64,000 bases of DNA from positions 1,966 through 65,965 of the forward strand of contig CAKOYF010000001.1 of assembly GCA_934130595.1 (NCBI GenBank), read 5' to 3'. This document shows, one piece after another, positions 29,826-39,686 of this stretch. How positions within the stretch are numbered: position 1 is the stretch's first letter; every line of letters begins with the position of its first letter. Under the pieces are notes generated by a model that was not told the DNA's origin, ran no database searches, and saw nothing but the letters and a program-made list of their open reading frames with translations. A program made the translations under genes and the position numbers. This DNA is from an uncultured Clostridia bacterium (GTDB lineage Bacteria > Bacillota > Clostridia > TANB77 > CAG-465).

Positions 29826-30881
29826 TTATTCATCTAAAAGTTCTTCTGATTCTTCTTCACTTTCTGAACTTCCAGTCATGCTATTTTCAAAAGCTAAATT
29901 GAAATTATCTCTAACTTTTCTTTCTATCTCTTTCATAATATCTGGGTTTTGAGTTAAGAATGCTTTAGCATTTTCTCTTCCTTGACCAATTTTTTGACCA
30001 TTGTATGCAAACCATGCACCACTCTTATCCACAATATTCATATCTGTTGCAAGATCTAGTACACATCCTTCATTAGAAATTCCTTTTCCATATACAATAT
30101 CAAAAACAGCTTCTCTAAATGGAGGTGCAACTTTGTTTTTAACTACTTTTACTTTTGTTCTTGTTCCTACAACTTCACCGTTAATTTTTATAGCTTCTTG
30201 TTTTCTAACATCAAGTCTTACTGAAGCATAAAATTTTAAAGCTCTACCACCAGGAGTTGTCTCTGGATTTCCAAACATTATACCTACTTTTTCACGTAAT
30301 TGGTTAATAAATATTGCAACTGTATTTGATTTATTTAATACACCTGTTAACTTTCTTAATGCTTGAGACATAAGTCTTGCTTGTAGACCTACATGTGAAT
30401 CTCCCATTTCTCCATCTATTTCTGCTTTTGGTACAAGTGCAGCAACAGAGTCTATTGTTATGATATCTACAGCACCACTTCTTACTAGTTGTTCTGCTAT
30501 TTCTAGTGCTTGCTCTCCAGTATCTGGTTGAGCAACAATAAGATTATCTACATCTACTCCCAAATTTCTTGCATATACAGGATCTAAGGCATGCTCAGCA
30601 TCAATAAATGCAGCAATTCCTCCTTGCTTTTGAGCTTCTGCTATTGCATGTAAAGCAACTGTTGTTTTTCCTGAAGATTCAGGTCCAAAGATTTCAACAA
30701 TTCTTCCTCTAGGAAATCCTCCTATTCCAAGAGCTATGTCTAAGCTTAAAGCTCCTGATGGAATTGTATCAATAGTTACATCCCCAACTTCTCCTAGTTT
30801 CATTACAGCACCTTTTCCAAAATTCTTTTCTATTTGGGCCATTGCTATATCTAGTGCTTTTTTTCTTTCTTCAGATATCAT
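29826..30881 (-). CDS. recA: recombinase RecA
   Basis: GPESSGKTT Walker A and overall RecA sequence. ATG at 30881 behind GGAGGAAATATT. The track start at 30902 would sit 4 nt from the LexA box. Confidence 0.97.
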   Translation of the reverse strand: MISEERKKALDIAMAQIEKNFGKGAVMKLGEVGDVTIDTIPSGALSLDIALGIGGFPRGRIVEIFGPESSGKTTVALHAIAEAQKQGGIAAFIDAEHALDPVYARNLGVDVDNLIVAQPDTGEQALEIAEQLVRSGAVDIITIDSVAALVPKAEIDGEMGDSHVGLQARLMSQALRKLTGVLNKSNTVAIFINQLREKVGIMFGNPETTPGGRALKFYASVRLDVRKQEAIKINGEVVGTRTKVKVVKNKVAPPFREAVFDIVYGKGISNEGCVLDLATDMNIVDKSGAWFAYNGQKIGQGRENAKAFLTQNPDIMKEIERKVRDNFNLAFENSMTGSSESEEESEELLDE

Positions 30882-30905
30882 AATATTTCCTCCTCTTACC
30901 ATTTA

Positions 30906-30918
30906 GAACGTTTGTTCG
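30906..30918 (-). promoter_or_regulatory. LexA (Cheo/SOS) box
   Basis: Minus strand CGAACAAACGTTC matches the Firmicute consensus CGAAC-N4-GTTC. Lies between the recA -10 and the RBS. Confidence 0.8.
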
Positions 30919-30927
30919 TACAGCTAG

Positions 30928-30956
30928 ATTATACTATTATTTTTTTTATTTGTCAA
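30928..30956 (-). promoter_or_regulatory. sigma-A type promoter of recA
   Basis: TTGACA (30951-30956), 17 nt, TATAAT (30928-30933) on the minus strand. Confidence 0.75.
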
Positions 30957-31102
30957 TGCTTATTTTTCAAAAAATTTAATATTAATCTTTGCGTCTTGAA
31001 CTCTCTACGTTCTACTGTAATTATATTTCTTTACTTCATTTTTGTAAATAGCTTTTACTACTTTTTTTCTTATCAAAAAATCACTAATTTTGTTAATTTT
31101 CA

Positions 31103-31138
31103 TATACAAAAGGAGCAAAATCTATGATCTTGCTCCTT
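31103..31138 (-). terminator. terminator after the HD-EAL gene
   Basis: Stem aaggagcaa/ttgctcctt (31110-31118 / 31130-31138), followed on the minus strand by UUUUGUAU. Confidence 0.6.
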
Positions 31139-31142
31139 ATTT

Positions 31143-32780
31143 TTACATTATTGATTGATCTTCTTCTGAGTTTAACAAATTGAATATATTTTCATTCATC
31201 ATATTTATATCTGGTGAAGGTTTTCCAAAATAGAAACCTTGAACTAATCTTACACCAACTAATTTTAATGTATCTAATATTCTCTTGTTTTCTACACCAA
31301 CAGCTATAAGATTTATATCTTTAGATATTGTGTATGTTATTAAGCTATTTATAAATTTTTGCTTTTCAAAATCTTTATATATATCTTTAACATATGAAAT
31401 GTCTGGTATAATATAGTCTATATCTAGATAGCAAATATCTTCTATTGATAACTTGTCCAACTTAAAGTTATCAAAAGCTACTTTTCCACCTTTTAAGTGA
31501 ATTCCTTGTATAGTCTCTTGTATATCTGTTAAATCTTTATTGTCATAGTTTTTAAATTCTATAACTACTTTATTTCTTGCCATCATATCATAAATTCTTG
31601 GCTTATTTACATATTTAACGTAACTATCATAATCAATATTTACCATTATTACGTTAGATTCTCTGTTTACAACATTTTCAAATTTTTCAACCGCATTAGT
31701 AAATAATACTTGTTGCAATTTATCATAATCATTATAGTCTTTTGCTACTTCAAGTAGCTTTTCTATCCTTATTTTCTTAGTTGCTGTTATTTGAGATAAA
31801 GCCTCATAACCAAAAACTGATTGTGTTTTTAAATCTACTATCGGTTGATATTTTACTCTTATTGTTTTCTTAGTGATAATTTCATCTATTAACTCTTTTA
31901 TATCTTTACTTGTTAGTTTAGTATCTTCATCATTTGTATCATCTACATCGTCATCTTCTTTTGATTGTGAAGATACATCTTTTATTTCTATTTTCTTTCT
32001 TGTGCCTTGTTCAAAATATGAATTAGCAAATTCATATAATTTTTCTTTTATTTCTTTAAAATTATTATATGCTTCAGTACTTTTTGCTTTAGCATCAGCA
32101 TCTTTTACATTAATTAAAAGATAAAACAATTCTCTATCATTATTTAATTGTTCTGCAAGAAAAGTTAAATTTTCTGGTGTAACTTCCTCTACATTTAAAT
32201 ATTTATCATGATATTTTATTAAAGTTAATATAATTTTCTTCTCATCATCATTAAAATTAAATCTATTTAATATTATTTCAGCTAATTCTACTGATTTTTC
32301 ATCATGTCCTGCAAAACTTTCTGTACCATCTTCTGATACCTTCTTAACATATGGTTTTCCTATATCATGTAAAAACATTGTCCACTTTAAAATCTTCTTT
32401 TGCCAATCTGCTATAGAAATTTCAGAAACATTGGCATTTTCTATACTAGCAACAATGTGATGAAAAACACTATATCTATGATATACACTGTTTTGTTGGC
32501 AATTAAATAGATTTTCACCATATTCATTATACACAAATAATTCTGGAAAATGTCTCATAAAAACATCTTGTTGTGTTATTTTTGGTAAAAAATATGATAC
32601 ATTTGAATCTAGAAGTACATTTGTATATAGTTCAGTAATTGTTCTAACATTATCTGCATACATATTTAAATTATTTATTATATTTCTTAGTCTTCCTTTT
32701 TCAGTAGCATCAACTAAAGTTGCAGAAGTATCTGCAAAATCCATATCAAAAACACCTTCATATACTTCGTATTTTATCAT
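31143..32780 (-). CDS. HD-domain / EAL-domain fusion protein (putative c-di-GMP-related)
   Basis: N-terminal HD region (YHRYSVFHH, FLHDIGKP, FAGHDEKS). Asp/Glu-rich linker. C-terminal EAL domain (YQPIVDL...GYEALSQ...VNID...VGVEN...VQGFYFGKP). Confidence 0.8.
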   Translation of the reverse strand: MIKYEVYEGVFDMDFADTSATLVDATEKGRLRNIINNLNMYADNVRTITELYTNVLLDSNVSYFLPKITQQDVFMRHFPELFVYNEYGENLFNCQQNSVYHRYSVFHHIVASIENANVSEISIADWQKKILKWTMFLHDIGKPYVKKVSEDGTESFAGHDEKSVELAEIILNRFNFNDDEKKIILTLIKYHDKYLNVEEVTPENLTFLAEQLNNDRELFYLLINVKDADAKAKSTEAYNNFKEIKEKLYEFANSYFEQGTRKKIEIKDVSSQSKEDDDVDDTNDEDTKLTSKDIKELIDEIITKKTIRVKYQPIVDLKTQSVFGYEALSQITATKKIRIEKLLEVAKDYNDYDKLQQVLFTNAVEKFENVVNRESNVIMVNIDYDSYVKYVNKPRIYDMMARNKVVIEFKNYDNKDLTDIQETIQGIHLKGGKVAFDNFKLDKLSIEDICYLDIDYIIPDISYVKDIYKDFEKQKFINSLITYTISKDINLIAVGVENKRILDTLKLVGVRLVQGFYFGKPSPDINMMNENIFNLLNSEEDQSIM

Positions 32781-32907
32781 TACTTATTCCCCTCTATAAT
32801 TTCAATATATTCTTATATTACTATAAATGAACACTTTTTTCAAGTATTTTAAGCTTACAAGATAATTTTATATATTTTGTTTTTCGTAAGTTTTTTTGTT
32901 TATTTAG

Positions 32908-32936
32908 TTGACATTTTTTCAAAAAAAATGTATAAT
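32908..32936 (+). promoter_or_regulatory. sigma-A type promoter of rplM-rpsI
   Basis: TTGACA (32908-32913), 17 nt, TATAAT (32931-32936). Confidence 0.75.
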
Positions 32937-32940
32937 ATTT

Positions 32941-33015
32941 GAGTATATTAAAGGTAGTCAAACTAAAACCCCGGAAATTTGACTTACTAATAGCATTTTT
33001 AGGAGGGTAATTTAA
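32941..33015 (+). promoter_or_regulatory. structured 5' leader of rplM (possible L13 autoregulatory leader)
   Basis: Hairpin gtagtcaaa (32954-32962) / tttgacttac (32978-32987) about 15 nt upstream of the AGGAGGG RBS. L13 leaders are known upstream of rplM in Firmicutes. Family membership is not verified. Confidence 0.35.
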
Positions 33016-33450
33016 ATGAACAATACTACACATAGCGTAAAAGCTAATGAAATTGAAAAAAAATGGTACGTTCTAGACGCAACTGACAAACCACTTGGTA
33101 GAGTAGCTACAGAAGCAGCTAGACTTTTAAGAGGTAAACACAAACCTACTTATTCTACACACATTGATTGTGGAGACAACGTTATAGTTATAAACTCTGA
33201 TAAAGCAGTTTTAACTGGTAACAAATTAGAAAACAAAAAATACAGACGTCATTCATCTTACATGACTGGTCTAAAAGAAGTTTCTTACAAAGATTTAATG
33301 GCTAACAATTCAGATAAAGCTGTTATGTTAGCAGTTAAAGGAATGTTACCACACAACACTTTAGGTAGAGAAATGTTAACAAAATTAAGAGTATTTAAAG
33401 GTGCTGAGCACAATCATGAAGCTCAAAAACCTGAAATGTGGAATTTTTAG
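33016..33450 (+). CDS. rplM: 50S ribosomal protein L13
   Basis: KWYVLDATDKPLGRVATEAARLLRGKHKP is canonical L13. Confidence 0.97.
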   Translation: MNNTTHSVKANEIEKKWYVLDATDKPLGRVATEAARLLRGKHKPTYSTHIDCGDNVIVINSDKAVLTGNKLENKKYRRHSSYMTGLKEVSYKDLMANNSDKAVMLAVKGMLPHNTLGREMLTKLRVFKGAEHNHEAQKPEMWNF

Positions 33451-33463
33451 GAGGAATTAAAAA

Positions 33464-33859
33464 ATGGCAAAAAAAGAATATATTTATGCAACAGGAAAAA
33501 GAAAATCTTCAATCGCAAGAGTAAACATTATTCCTGGAACAGGTAAAATAACAATAAACAAAAAAGATTTAAACGATATCTATTCTTTAGATACTTTAAA
33601 AGCTATAGTTTTAAAACCTTTTACAGTTGCTAATATGATGGAAAAATATGACGTTGAAGCTACAGTTCATGGTGGTGGATTTGCTGGTCAAGCAGGTGCC
33701 GTTTCTCATGGTATTGCTAAAGCTTTAGCTACTACAGACCCAGAAGTTAGAACAGTATTAAAAAGAAATGGTCTTCTAACTAGAGATTCTAGAGTAAAAG
33801 AAAGAAGAAAATACGGTCTTAAAAAAGCAAGAAAAGCTCCACAATTCTCAAAAAGATAG
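33464..33859 (+). CDS. rpsI: 30S ribosomal protein S9
   Basis: GTGKRKSSIARV ... GLLTRDSRVKERRKYGLKKARKAPQFSKR is canonical S9. Confidence 0.97.
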   Translation: MAKKEYIYATGKRKSSIARVNIIPGTGKITINKKDLNDIYSLDTLKAIVLKPFTVANMMEKYDVEATVHGGGFAGQAGAVSHGIAKALATTDPEVRTVLKRNGLLTRDSRVKERRKYGLKKARKAPQFSKR

Positions 33860-33901
33860 TTTCAAGGAACTTTTCAAGATACTTAGAAAGTATAATAATA
33901 T

Positions 33902-33933
33902 CCCGCTATTTATTACAAATAGCGGGTTTTATT
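33902..33933 (+). terminator. Rho-independent terminator after rpsI
   Basis: 10-bp stem cccgctattt/aaatagcggg followed by TTTTATT. Confidence 0.85.
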
Positions 33934-33984
33934 GTTTATCCATTGCTAAAGACTTATTAACCACGAATCAATTTGAAGAAATAT

Positions 33985-34016
33985 TAATAAAAAACAGAGC
34001 TATTTACAGCTCTGTT
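33985..34016 (-). terminator. Rho-independent terminator after the PAS gene
   Basis: Stem aacagagct/agctctgtt (33993-34001 / 34008-34016) with a U-run on the minus strand. Confidence 0.75.
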
Positions 34017-34017
34017 T

Positions 34018-34320
34018 TTAAATTTCCATATAATATCCATAAAATTTTTCATCTGATCTTACAGGGAAAATACGAATTTTTCCTATTTCGACACTCTCTA
34101 AAGAAATATTATTTTTTAGCATTCTCGTTGCCATTTGAATTTTTTCATTTAAGTTTTGATCATGAAAACTAAGCACTGATTTTCCGATTAAATCTGGATA
34201 GCTTCTCTTTTCATAATACTTCTTAGCTGAATTATTCAAATACCTAATTGTATTATATTCGTCTACAAATACAATACCTTTTTTCATATTCTCTACGATG
34301 TTAATTAAAATTTTTTCCAT
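34018..34320 (-). CDS. stand-alone PAS-like domain protein (100 aa)
   Basis: Pattern GIVFVDEYNTIRYLNNSAKKYY...IGKSVLSFH...FPVRSDEKFYGYYMEI is PAS-fold-like. No output domain. Confidence 0.55.
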   Translation of the reverse strand: MEKILINIVENMKKGIVFVDEYNTIRYLNNSAKKYYEKRSYPDLIGKSVLSFHDQNLNEKIQMATRMLKNNISLESVEIGKIRIFPVRSDEKFYGYYMEI

Positions 34321-34412
34321 AATATACCTCCTAAATTTAATTATAATTTAGTGTTCACGTTATATTGATTACATAATTATATCATAGATTATTAGGTATT
34401 TCAATTAATATA

Positions 34413-35234
34413 TTATTTTAAAATAAACTTTTCAATAAAATCTCCAACTCCTGCTTCATTATTTGATAAAGTTACGTAGTCTGCTATTTCTTTTAGCTCT
34501 TCACTTGCATTTTTCATAGCAACTTTATACCCACACGCTTTAAACATATCTATATCATTTATGAAGTCTCCAAAGCAAAGTGAATCTTCTTTTTTTATAT
34601 TAAATATATTTAAAAAGCTAGTTATGCCCCTACCTTTACTTGTACTATTATTATTTATATCTGCATAATAACTTTTTTGATCTTTTTTATTTTCTAAGTA
34701 TGCTCTTGATAAATTTAATATTTTTAGCTCTTTATCTAATTTAACTCCATTGATTAAATTAGTCATTGCATTATATGATTTGGTTTCACATACTATTTGA
34801 AGGATTTCTTCATCTTCTATATCATTAATTGATTTTAAAACTTTCTCTTTTTCATCTAGTTTTCTAAGTAAATTTGGAGTCTTAAATCTTCCATTAGTTG
34901 TATTTAAAATTGCGTCTATACCATATTCTTTTGTTCCTTCTAATAATTTTTTTACACTACTATTAGGTATCTTGTTTGCATAAAGCGTTTTATTTTCTTT
35001 GAAATCAAAAATTTGTGCACCATTATTAGATATTAAATATTGGCTTGTTTTTGCAGTTAGAGCAATTTTACTTGCATATTCTTGCGCTCTTCCCGAACAA
35101 ATCACAACTAAAATTCCACTTTTTACTGCTTTTTCGATTGCTAAAATATTTTTTAAAGGAATATTCTTATTAGAATCAGTAAGAGTTCCATCTATATCTA
35201 TAAATATAACTTTTATATTACTAAAATCTCTCAT
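34413..35234 (-). CDS. Cof-type HAD-IIB family hydrolase
   Basis: FIDIDGTL motif I, SGR motif II, GDFINDIDM motif IV. ATG at 35234 behind GGGAG. Confidence 0.85.
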   Translation of the reverse strand: MRDFSNIKVIFIDIDGTLTDSNKNIPLKNILAIEKAVKSGILVVICSGRAQEYASKIALTAKTSQYLISNNGAQIFDFKENKTLYANKIPNSSVKKLLEGTKEYGIDAILNTTNGRFKTPNLLRKLDEKEKVLKSINDIEDEEILQIVCETKSYNAMTNLINGVKLDKELKILNLSRAYLENKKDQKSYYADINNNSTSKGRGITSFLNIFNIKKEDSLCFGDFINDIDMFKACGYKVAMKNASEELKEIADYVTLSNNEAGVGDFIEKFILK

Positions 35235-35268
35235 ACACATCTCCCATTTTATTTTATCATAGAAGATT

Positions 35269-35949
35269 TTAGTTGGTCAAGTTAATAAGGTCACTATCTT
35301 TTTTTAAATCTAAATTGTAATACGTACTAGGAATGTCTCCACTTAGAATTGTTTCTGCTAATACAACCTCTTTTTCATAACATTCGTTTTTTAGATATAC
35401 TGGTGCAATTATTGTAAAATACGTTTTAACATTAAGTATTATTCTATGTCTTGTTTGATTTATTCCAACATTATCAAATTGAGACACACATTCTATTTTA
35501 GTATCTCCTAGCGGTACCGTTTTTATTTTCACTCTTATTCCTGTTCCACCAAATATTCCAGCATTAAAAAATAATGCTAAAGGTATTTTTATAGTGCTTT
35601 GATCATTTTGTGCTATATTATCTTCAATTGTTATAGCAAGATTATTTGATATTCTATTTAACTCATTCGTATTGGTTCGTAAAGCCACTATTTTTCCATT
35701 TTCATCTGTTACCTCTGAAATTATACTATCATACGTTATATTTTGTAAATTTTCCCTTATTGCTTGCTCTGTTGATTTCATTGCTAATGTATATGCATTA
35801 GCTTGTGTAAAATTTTGAAGTATTGGTTCTATTACTTCTTTATATAAAGTTGTAATGCTTGAAAAAGAAACTAATAATACTAAAAAAAAGACAAATGATT
35901 TTTCCTTTTTCATTTGCCTTAAAGATAATTTGTAATATTTTATTCTCAT
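35269..35949 (-). CDS. yunB: sporulation protein YunB
   Basis: N-terminal anchor. Pattern IEPIL...A....A..I......IPLA......G.G..V......G......GINQTRH.I....P.....E is co-linear with B. subtilis YunB by eye. Confidence 0.7.
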   Translation of the reverse strand: MRIKYYKLSLRQMKKEKSFVFFLVLLVSFSSITTLYKEVIEPILQNFTQANAYTLAMKSTEQAIRENLQNITYDSIISEVTDENGKIVALRTNTNELNRISNNLAITIEDNIAQNDQSTIKIPLALFFNAGIFGGTGIRVKIKTVPLGDTKIECVSQFDNVGINQTRHRIILNVKTYFTIIAPVYLKNECYEKEVVLAETILSGDIPSTYYNLDLKKDSDLINLTN

Positions 35950-35951
35950 TA

Positions 35952-37478
35952 TTATCTAATAATTAGTATCTTTTGTCCTATATCTATTAAATCTGGATTT
36001 TCAAGATTATTAGTTTTTATGATATTATCCATACTAGTTTTATATTTTTTTGCAATTTTCCAAACACTATCACCTGGTTTTACAACATATATATTAATGC
36101 TACTTAAATTTTTCAGATCTATTGGCATATCTTCAATTTTTTCTATTGAATTTATACCAATAAGCTTTTCTGCATTAATTCTTGCATATATAGTAATTTT
36201 TATATCTATGCTATTTCCATTTTGCAATACATTAATTTTAACATCATTAATTTTTATGCTTACATTTTGATTTTTCCATGATTCATCAATTGGAATAGTT
36301 TGGTCTACCATTATATCTATAGATTTACTTTCCAATTCGCCACTATCTTTATCTTGAAAAATAACATTAAGTTTAGCTACACCATTTATATTTATATTGC
36401 CATTATCTAGTTTTGGTAATATTCCAGATGTATCTAAATCATATTCAACAATTTTACTATTTTCAGGAATAATGTCATTTAAAGTTTCAGATATATTTAC
36501 CTCTTTATCTATAACTCTTTCTGTAGCAGCAATATTTATTGTATTTACATCGTATTTTAAATCTCTTGTTCTACTATAAAAATCATCTATGTACTCTACC
36601 TCTTCATTTTCAAACATAGTAATATTGCTTTCTATCTTATACTCTACATTTAAAGTCTTTTGATCTATATCTGGATTTATTTTAACACAAAAATCTCTAA
36701 TACAATAATCTATTTTAAATTTAGAATTTTCTGATATATTTTCAAGTTCTACCATAGAGGAAAATGGAACATCTACACTTTGATTACATATATCTCTATT
36801 TTCTCCTAAATATAATATATTAAGTTCTATTATTCCTTTAAGCATTAATTTATTGTAGCTTTCTTTATATTCTGTATCTTTTATTTTAGGACAAATTTTT
36901 AATATTTCATATATAGCACTAGCCTCTTTAGGAAGCATTACATCTTCTGAAGAAGCGATAATACATCTTTTTCTTTCTTTTATATTATCAAAAGAATTAT
37001 TACATTTATTAAACTCTATATCTTCACATTTTTGGAAATCTTTTATTATATCTACAGTAACCGCTTCAACAATATCTATATTAAACACTATTTCATTTTT
37101 TATAGCTATCTTTCTCTCATTTGGAAGTGAGTATATTATATTTTTCAATTTAGAATCTACAATAACATCTTCTTTATTCTTAATATTATTATTTTCTATA
37201 TTTACTGTATATGGATATGACACATTTAATCCTCTAATATTCATTTGTTCATCATTTGCCCTATAAGTAACCGAATAATTTATTTTTCCAACAACCTTTG
37301 CTCTACCATTATTTATTTCAACATCATTAACATATGGTATTGAAGAAATATTAATTATTTTTACTGCATCTGGCATGTTATCTGGAACTATTATATCTTG
37401 TTCTATCCATTTTTCATTTTTATCTGAAATCCTAGATTTATTCAAATTCAACTTAATATTATTTGTACTAATGTTCAT
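35952..37478 (-). CDS. LysM-domain sporulation-associated protein (DUF3794-like repeats plus C-terminal LysM)
   Basis: C-terminal YVVKPGDSVWKIAKKYKTSMDNIIKTNNL...IGQKILI is a LysM. ATG at 37478 behind AGGAGG. Confidence 0.65.
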   Translation of the reverse strand: MNISTNNIKLNLNKSRISDKNEKWIEQDIIVPDNMPDAVKIINISSIPYVNDVEINNGRAKVVGKINYSVTYRANDEQMNIRGLNVSYPYTVNIENNNIKNKEDVIVDSKLKNIIYSLPNERKIAIKNEIVFNIDIVEAVTVDIIKDFQKCEDIEFNKCNNSFDNIKERKRCIIASSEDVMLPKEASAIYEILKICPKIKDTEYKESYNKLMLKGIIELNILYLGENRDICNQSVDVPFSSMVELENISENSKFKIDYCIRDFCVKINPDIDQKTLNVEYKIESNITMFENEEVEYIDDFYSRTRDLKYDVNTINIAATERVIDKEVNISETLNDIIPENSKIVEYDLDTSGILPKLDNGNININGVAKLNVIFQDKDSGELESKSIDIMVDQTIPIDESWKNQNVSIKINDVKINVLQNGNSIDIKITIYARINAEKLIGINSIEKIEDMPIDLKNLSSINIYVVKPGDSVWKIAKKYKTSMDNIIKTNNLENPDLIDIGQKILIIR

Positions 37479-37640
37479 TTTATTCCTCCTCATTTATTAC
37501 ATATATATTTTATATAAAAAAAAATATTACAAGGTAACAAAAAAATATTTAATACATATTATATATTAGTTGAATGCAATAAAGCATTCAGCATTAGATA
37601 AATTCTTTCTTACTATAACATACATTTATATACTCTCCTG

Positions 37641-37676
37641 AAAATAAAAACAGTACTGCTAAATTTAGCAGTACTG
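37641..37676 (-). terminator. second of two tandem terminators after veg
   Basis: Stem cagtactgct/agcagtactg with a U-run on the minus strand. Confidence 0.7.
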
Positions 37677-37685
37677 TTTTTTTGT

Positions 37686-37718
37686 AAAAAAAATATGAGC
37701 TAAATTTATTAGCTCATA
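37686..37718 (-). terminator. first terminator after veg
   Basis: Stem tatgagcta/tagctcata followed by U8 on the minus strand. Confidence 0.7.
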
Positions 37719-37758
37719 ATATATCAAATCAACCCTCTTATGATTGCCATCTTACGAA

Positions 37759-38043
37759 TTATAATCTAGTATATTTTGGTGTAGAGAAATCATATCTCGT
37801 AATAGGTTCCCCTGTTGGCAAACTCAATTCTAGTGTATTAGTTACTAAGTCTGAGTAGCTATAAGACAATTTGCTATCTGTCTCAGAATCTCTAAACACA
37901 AACAAATTTGTATATGTGCTGTCGATATATCCTTTCCTTTCAATGCATTTGTTTCTTCCTACATTAGCTTTTACGCAAATTTCCTGACCAACATAGTTTT
38001 CAACATCTTGTCTAATCTTCATCAATGAATCTTTTGAAACCAT
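37759..38043 (-). CDS. veg: Veg protein
   Basis: Co-linear with B. subtilis Veg: IR.DVE...G....VKAN.GR.K..ER.G......T..FV......LSYSYSDL.T..LEL. Confidence 0.85.
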   Translation of the reverse strand: MVSKDSLMKIRQDVENYVGQEICVKANVGRNKCIERKGYIDSTYTNLFVFRDSETDSKLSYSYSDLVTNTLELSLPTGEPITRYDFSTPKYTRL

Positions 38044-38067
38044 ATTATATCACCTCTTACAAGGCGA

Positions 38068-38096
38068 ATTATATCATTTTTGCTCGAAGATGTCAA
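38068..38096 (-). promoter_or_regulatory. strong sigma-A promoter of veg
   Basis: TTGACA (38091-38096), 17 nt, TGaTATAAT extended -10 (38068-38073). Confidence 0.8.
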
Positions 38097-38128
38097 AGTG
38101 ACATTAATATTGTATTTCATTTCTATGT

Positions 38129-38160
38129 AAAATAAAACTACATTTGTTATTCAAATGTAG
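38129..38160 (-). terminator. terminator after the ctp gene
   Basis: Stem ctacatttg/caaatgtag followed on the minus strand by UUUUAUUUU. Confidence 0.65.
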
Positions 38161-38199
38161 CCTTATTTTATTTTTGCATTTCATTTTATATCATTTAAA

Positions 38200-39432
38200 T
38201 TACAATTGTTCTTTTATGTATTCAATAGCCTTTTGTAATTGAGTATCTTTATCTCTTGGAATGTATGTATTATTTTTATATTCTTCATCTACATTAACCA
38301 CATAGTTTGGTTCAATACCATTGTCTTGTATAACTACACCGCTTGGTGTAAAGTATTGGGCAGCTACTATATCTATAGCGCCATGGCCTTTTATAACTTC
38401 AACATATTGTACAACACCTTTTCCAAAAGTTTGTGTACCAATAACTACACCTTTATTTGCATCTTTTACAGCACTTGCAAATATTTCTGATGCACTTGCA
38501 CTATTTTGGTTTACAACAACTGCAAGTGGAATATCTATTTGATTTTTATCATCTGTTTTGTATACTTTTTCTTTTCCGTTTTTATCTACTAGTCTTAATA
38601 CATCACACTTTGGTAACAATAGATTTAGCATATCAATCGTATCTTTTACATATCCACCAGGATTATTTCTTAAGTCTACTATTAATCCTTTTACATTCTT
38701 TTCTCTTAATGCTTCGTATGCCTCTTTAAATTGCTCATATATTCCATTATCAAAAGAATATACTCTTATATACCCTATATCATCTATTATTTCTGATGTA
38801 ACGTTATTTTCTGTTATTGTTGCTCTTTTAGGTTCTACTTCTACTAATTCTTCTCCTCTTTTTATAGTAAGCTTAACTGAAGTATTTTCTTCTCCTCTAA
38901 TTGCATTTACCCCTTCTGTATAAGAATCTTTGTTAATTATTAAATCATCTACTTTTAAAATTATATCTCCAGCTTGTATTCCAGCCTCTTCTGCAGGAGA
39001 AGATGGAACTGTACCTAAAACTCTTATTGCATCACTATCTTTATCATAAGTTAAGTGAACACCTATTCCAACATAATTTCCGTTTGCTCCGCTATTTAGC
39101 CCTTCTTGATATTCTTCTTCTGTTTCATAATATGAAAATACATTGTTTAAAGAGCTTACCATTCCGCTAATTGCTCCGTCTACTAAAGCATCTTTGTCAT
39201 AATCATATAAATAATCTTTTTCAATTATTTTAGCTGCTTGCTCTAATCTATCTAATTGCTCTTGTGTAAACACACTACTTTGTAAATTAGTACTTGTTTG
39301 TGGCTTAAATACTACATACAAGCAAAATAAAACAACTACACTAAATACAATTCCACCACCTATAGATAAGGCATTTGTTAAAACTTTAGTTTTGTTAATT
39401 TTTTTATTATCATCATTATTGAATTCTTCCAA
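38200..39432 (-). CDS. S41 family carboxyl-terminal processing protease with PDZ domain
   Basis: PDZ (PAEEAGIQAGDIILKVDD) and catalytic region (VVNQNSASASEIFA ... GTQTFGKG). TTG start at 39432 behind GGAGA. Confidence 0.9.
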   Translation of the reverse strand: MEEFNNDDNKKINKTKVLTNALSIGGGIVFSVVVLFCLYVVFKPQTSTNLQSSVFTQEQLDRLEQAAKIIEKDYLYDYDKDALVDGAISGMVSSLNNVFSYYETEEEYQEGLNSGANGNYVGIGVHLTYDKDSDAIRVLGTVPSSPAEEAGIQAGDIILKVDDLIINKDSYTEGVNAIRGEENTSVKLTIKRGEELVEVEPKRATITENNVTSEIIDDIGYIRVYSFDNGIYEQFKEAYEALREKNVKGLIVDLRNNPGGYVKDTIDMLNLLLPKCDVLRLVDKNGKEKVYKTDDKNQIDIPLAVVVNQNSASASEIFASAVKDANKGVVIGTQTFGKGVVQYVEVIKGHGAIDIVAAQYFTPSGVVIQDNGIEPNYVVNVDEEYKNNTYIPRDKDTQLQKAIEYIKEQL

Positions 39433-39576
39433 AATAATATCTCCTTTTCTACTTCTTTCTTCAAATAATTATATATTATTGAAAAAATATAGTCAACTCC
39501 TCTTTTTCTTTTATGATAGAAATTTCACAAATATGATTAACTATTCTTTTTCTTTTACATAATTTCCCTTATATCC

Positions 39577-39605
39577 TTGACTTATATATAAAAATATTGT
39601 ATAAT
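39577..39605 (+). promoter_or_regulatory. sigma-A type promoter of rpsU
   Basis: TTGACT (39577-39582), 17 nt, TATAAT (39600-39605). Confidence 0.7.
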
Positions 39606-39686
39606 TTAATAGTAAATTTAGAAATACTTAGTAATAAACTATTATATATAAAAAAGTATTTCCCAAACTGGAGGGAGGGAAAGTAA

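Noticed and set aside
30912-31127. 71-codon plus-strand ORF between recA and the HD-EAL gene.
   Set aside because: It starts inside the LexA box and recA promoter. Its translation is low-complexity and Phe/Ile-rich, with no RBS.
32821-33033. 70-codon minus-strand ORF upstream of rplM.
   Set aside because: It overlaps the rplM promoter, leader, RBS and start codon. There is no RBS and the composition is not protein-like.
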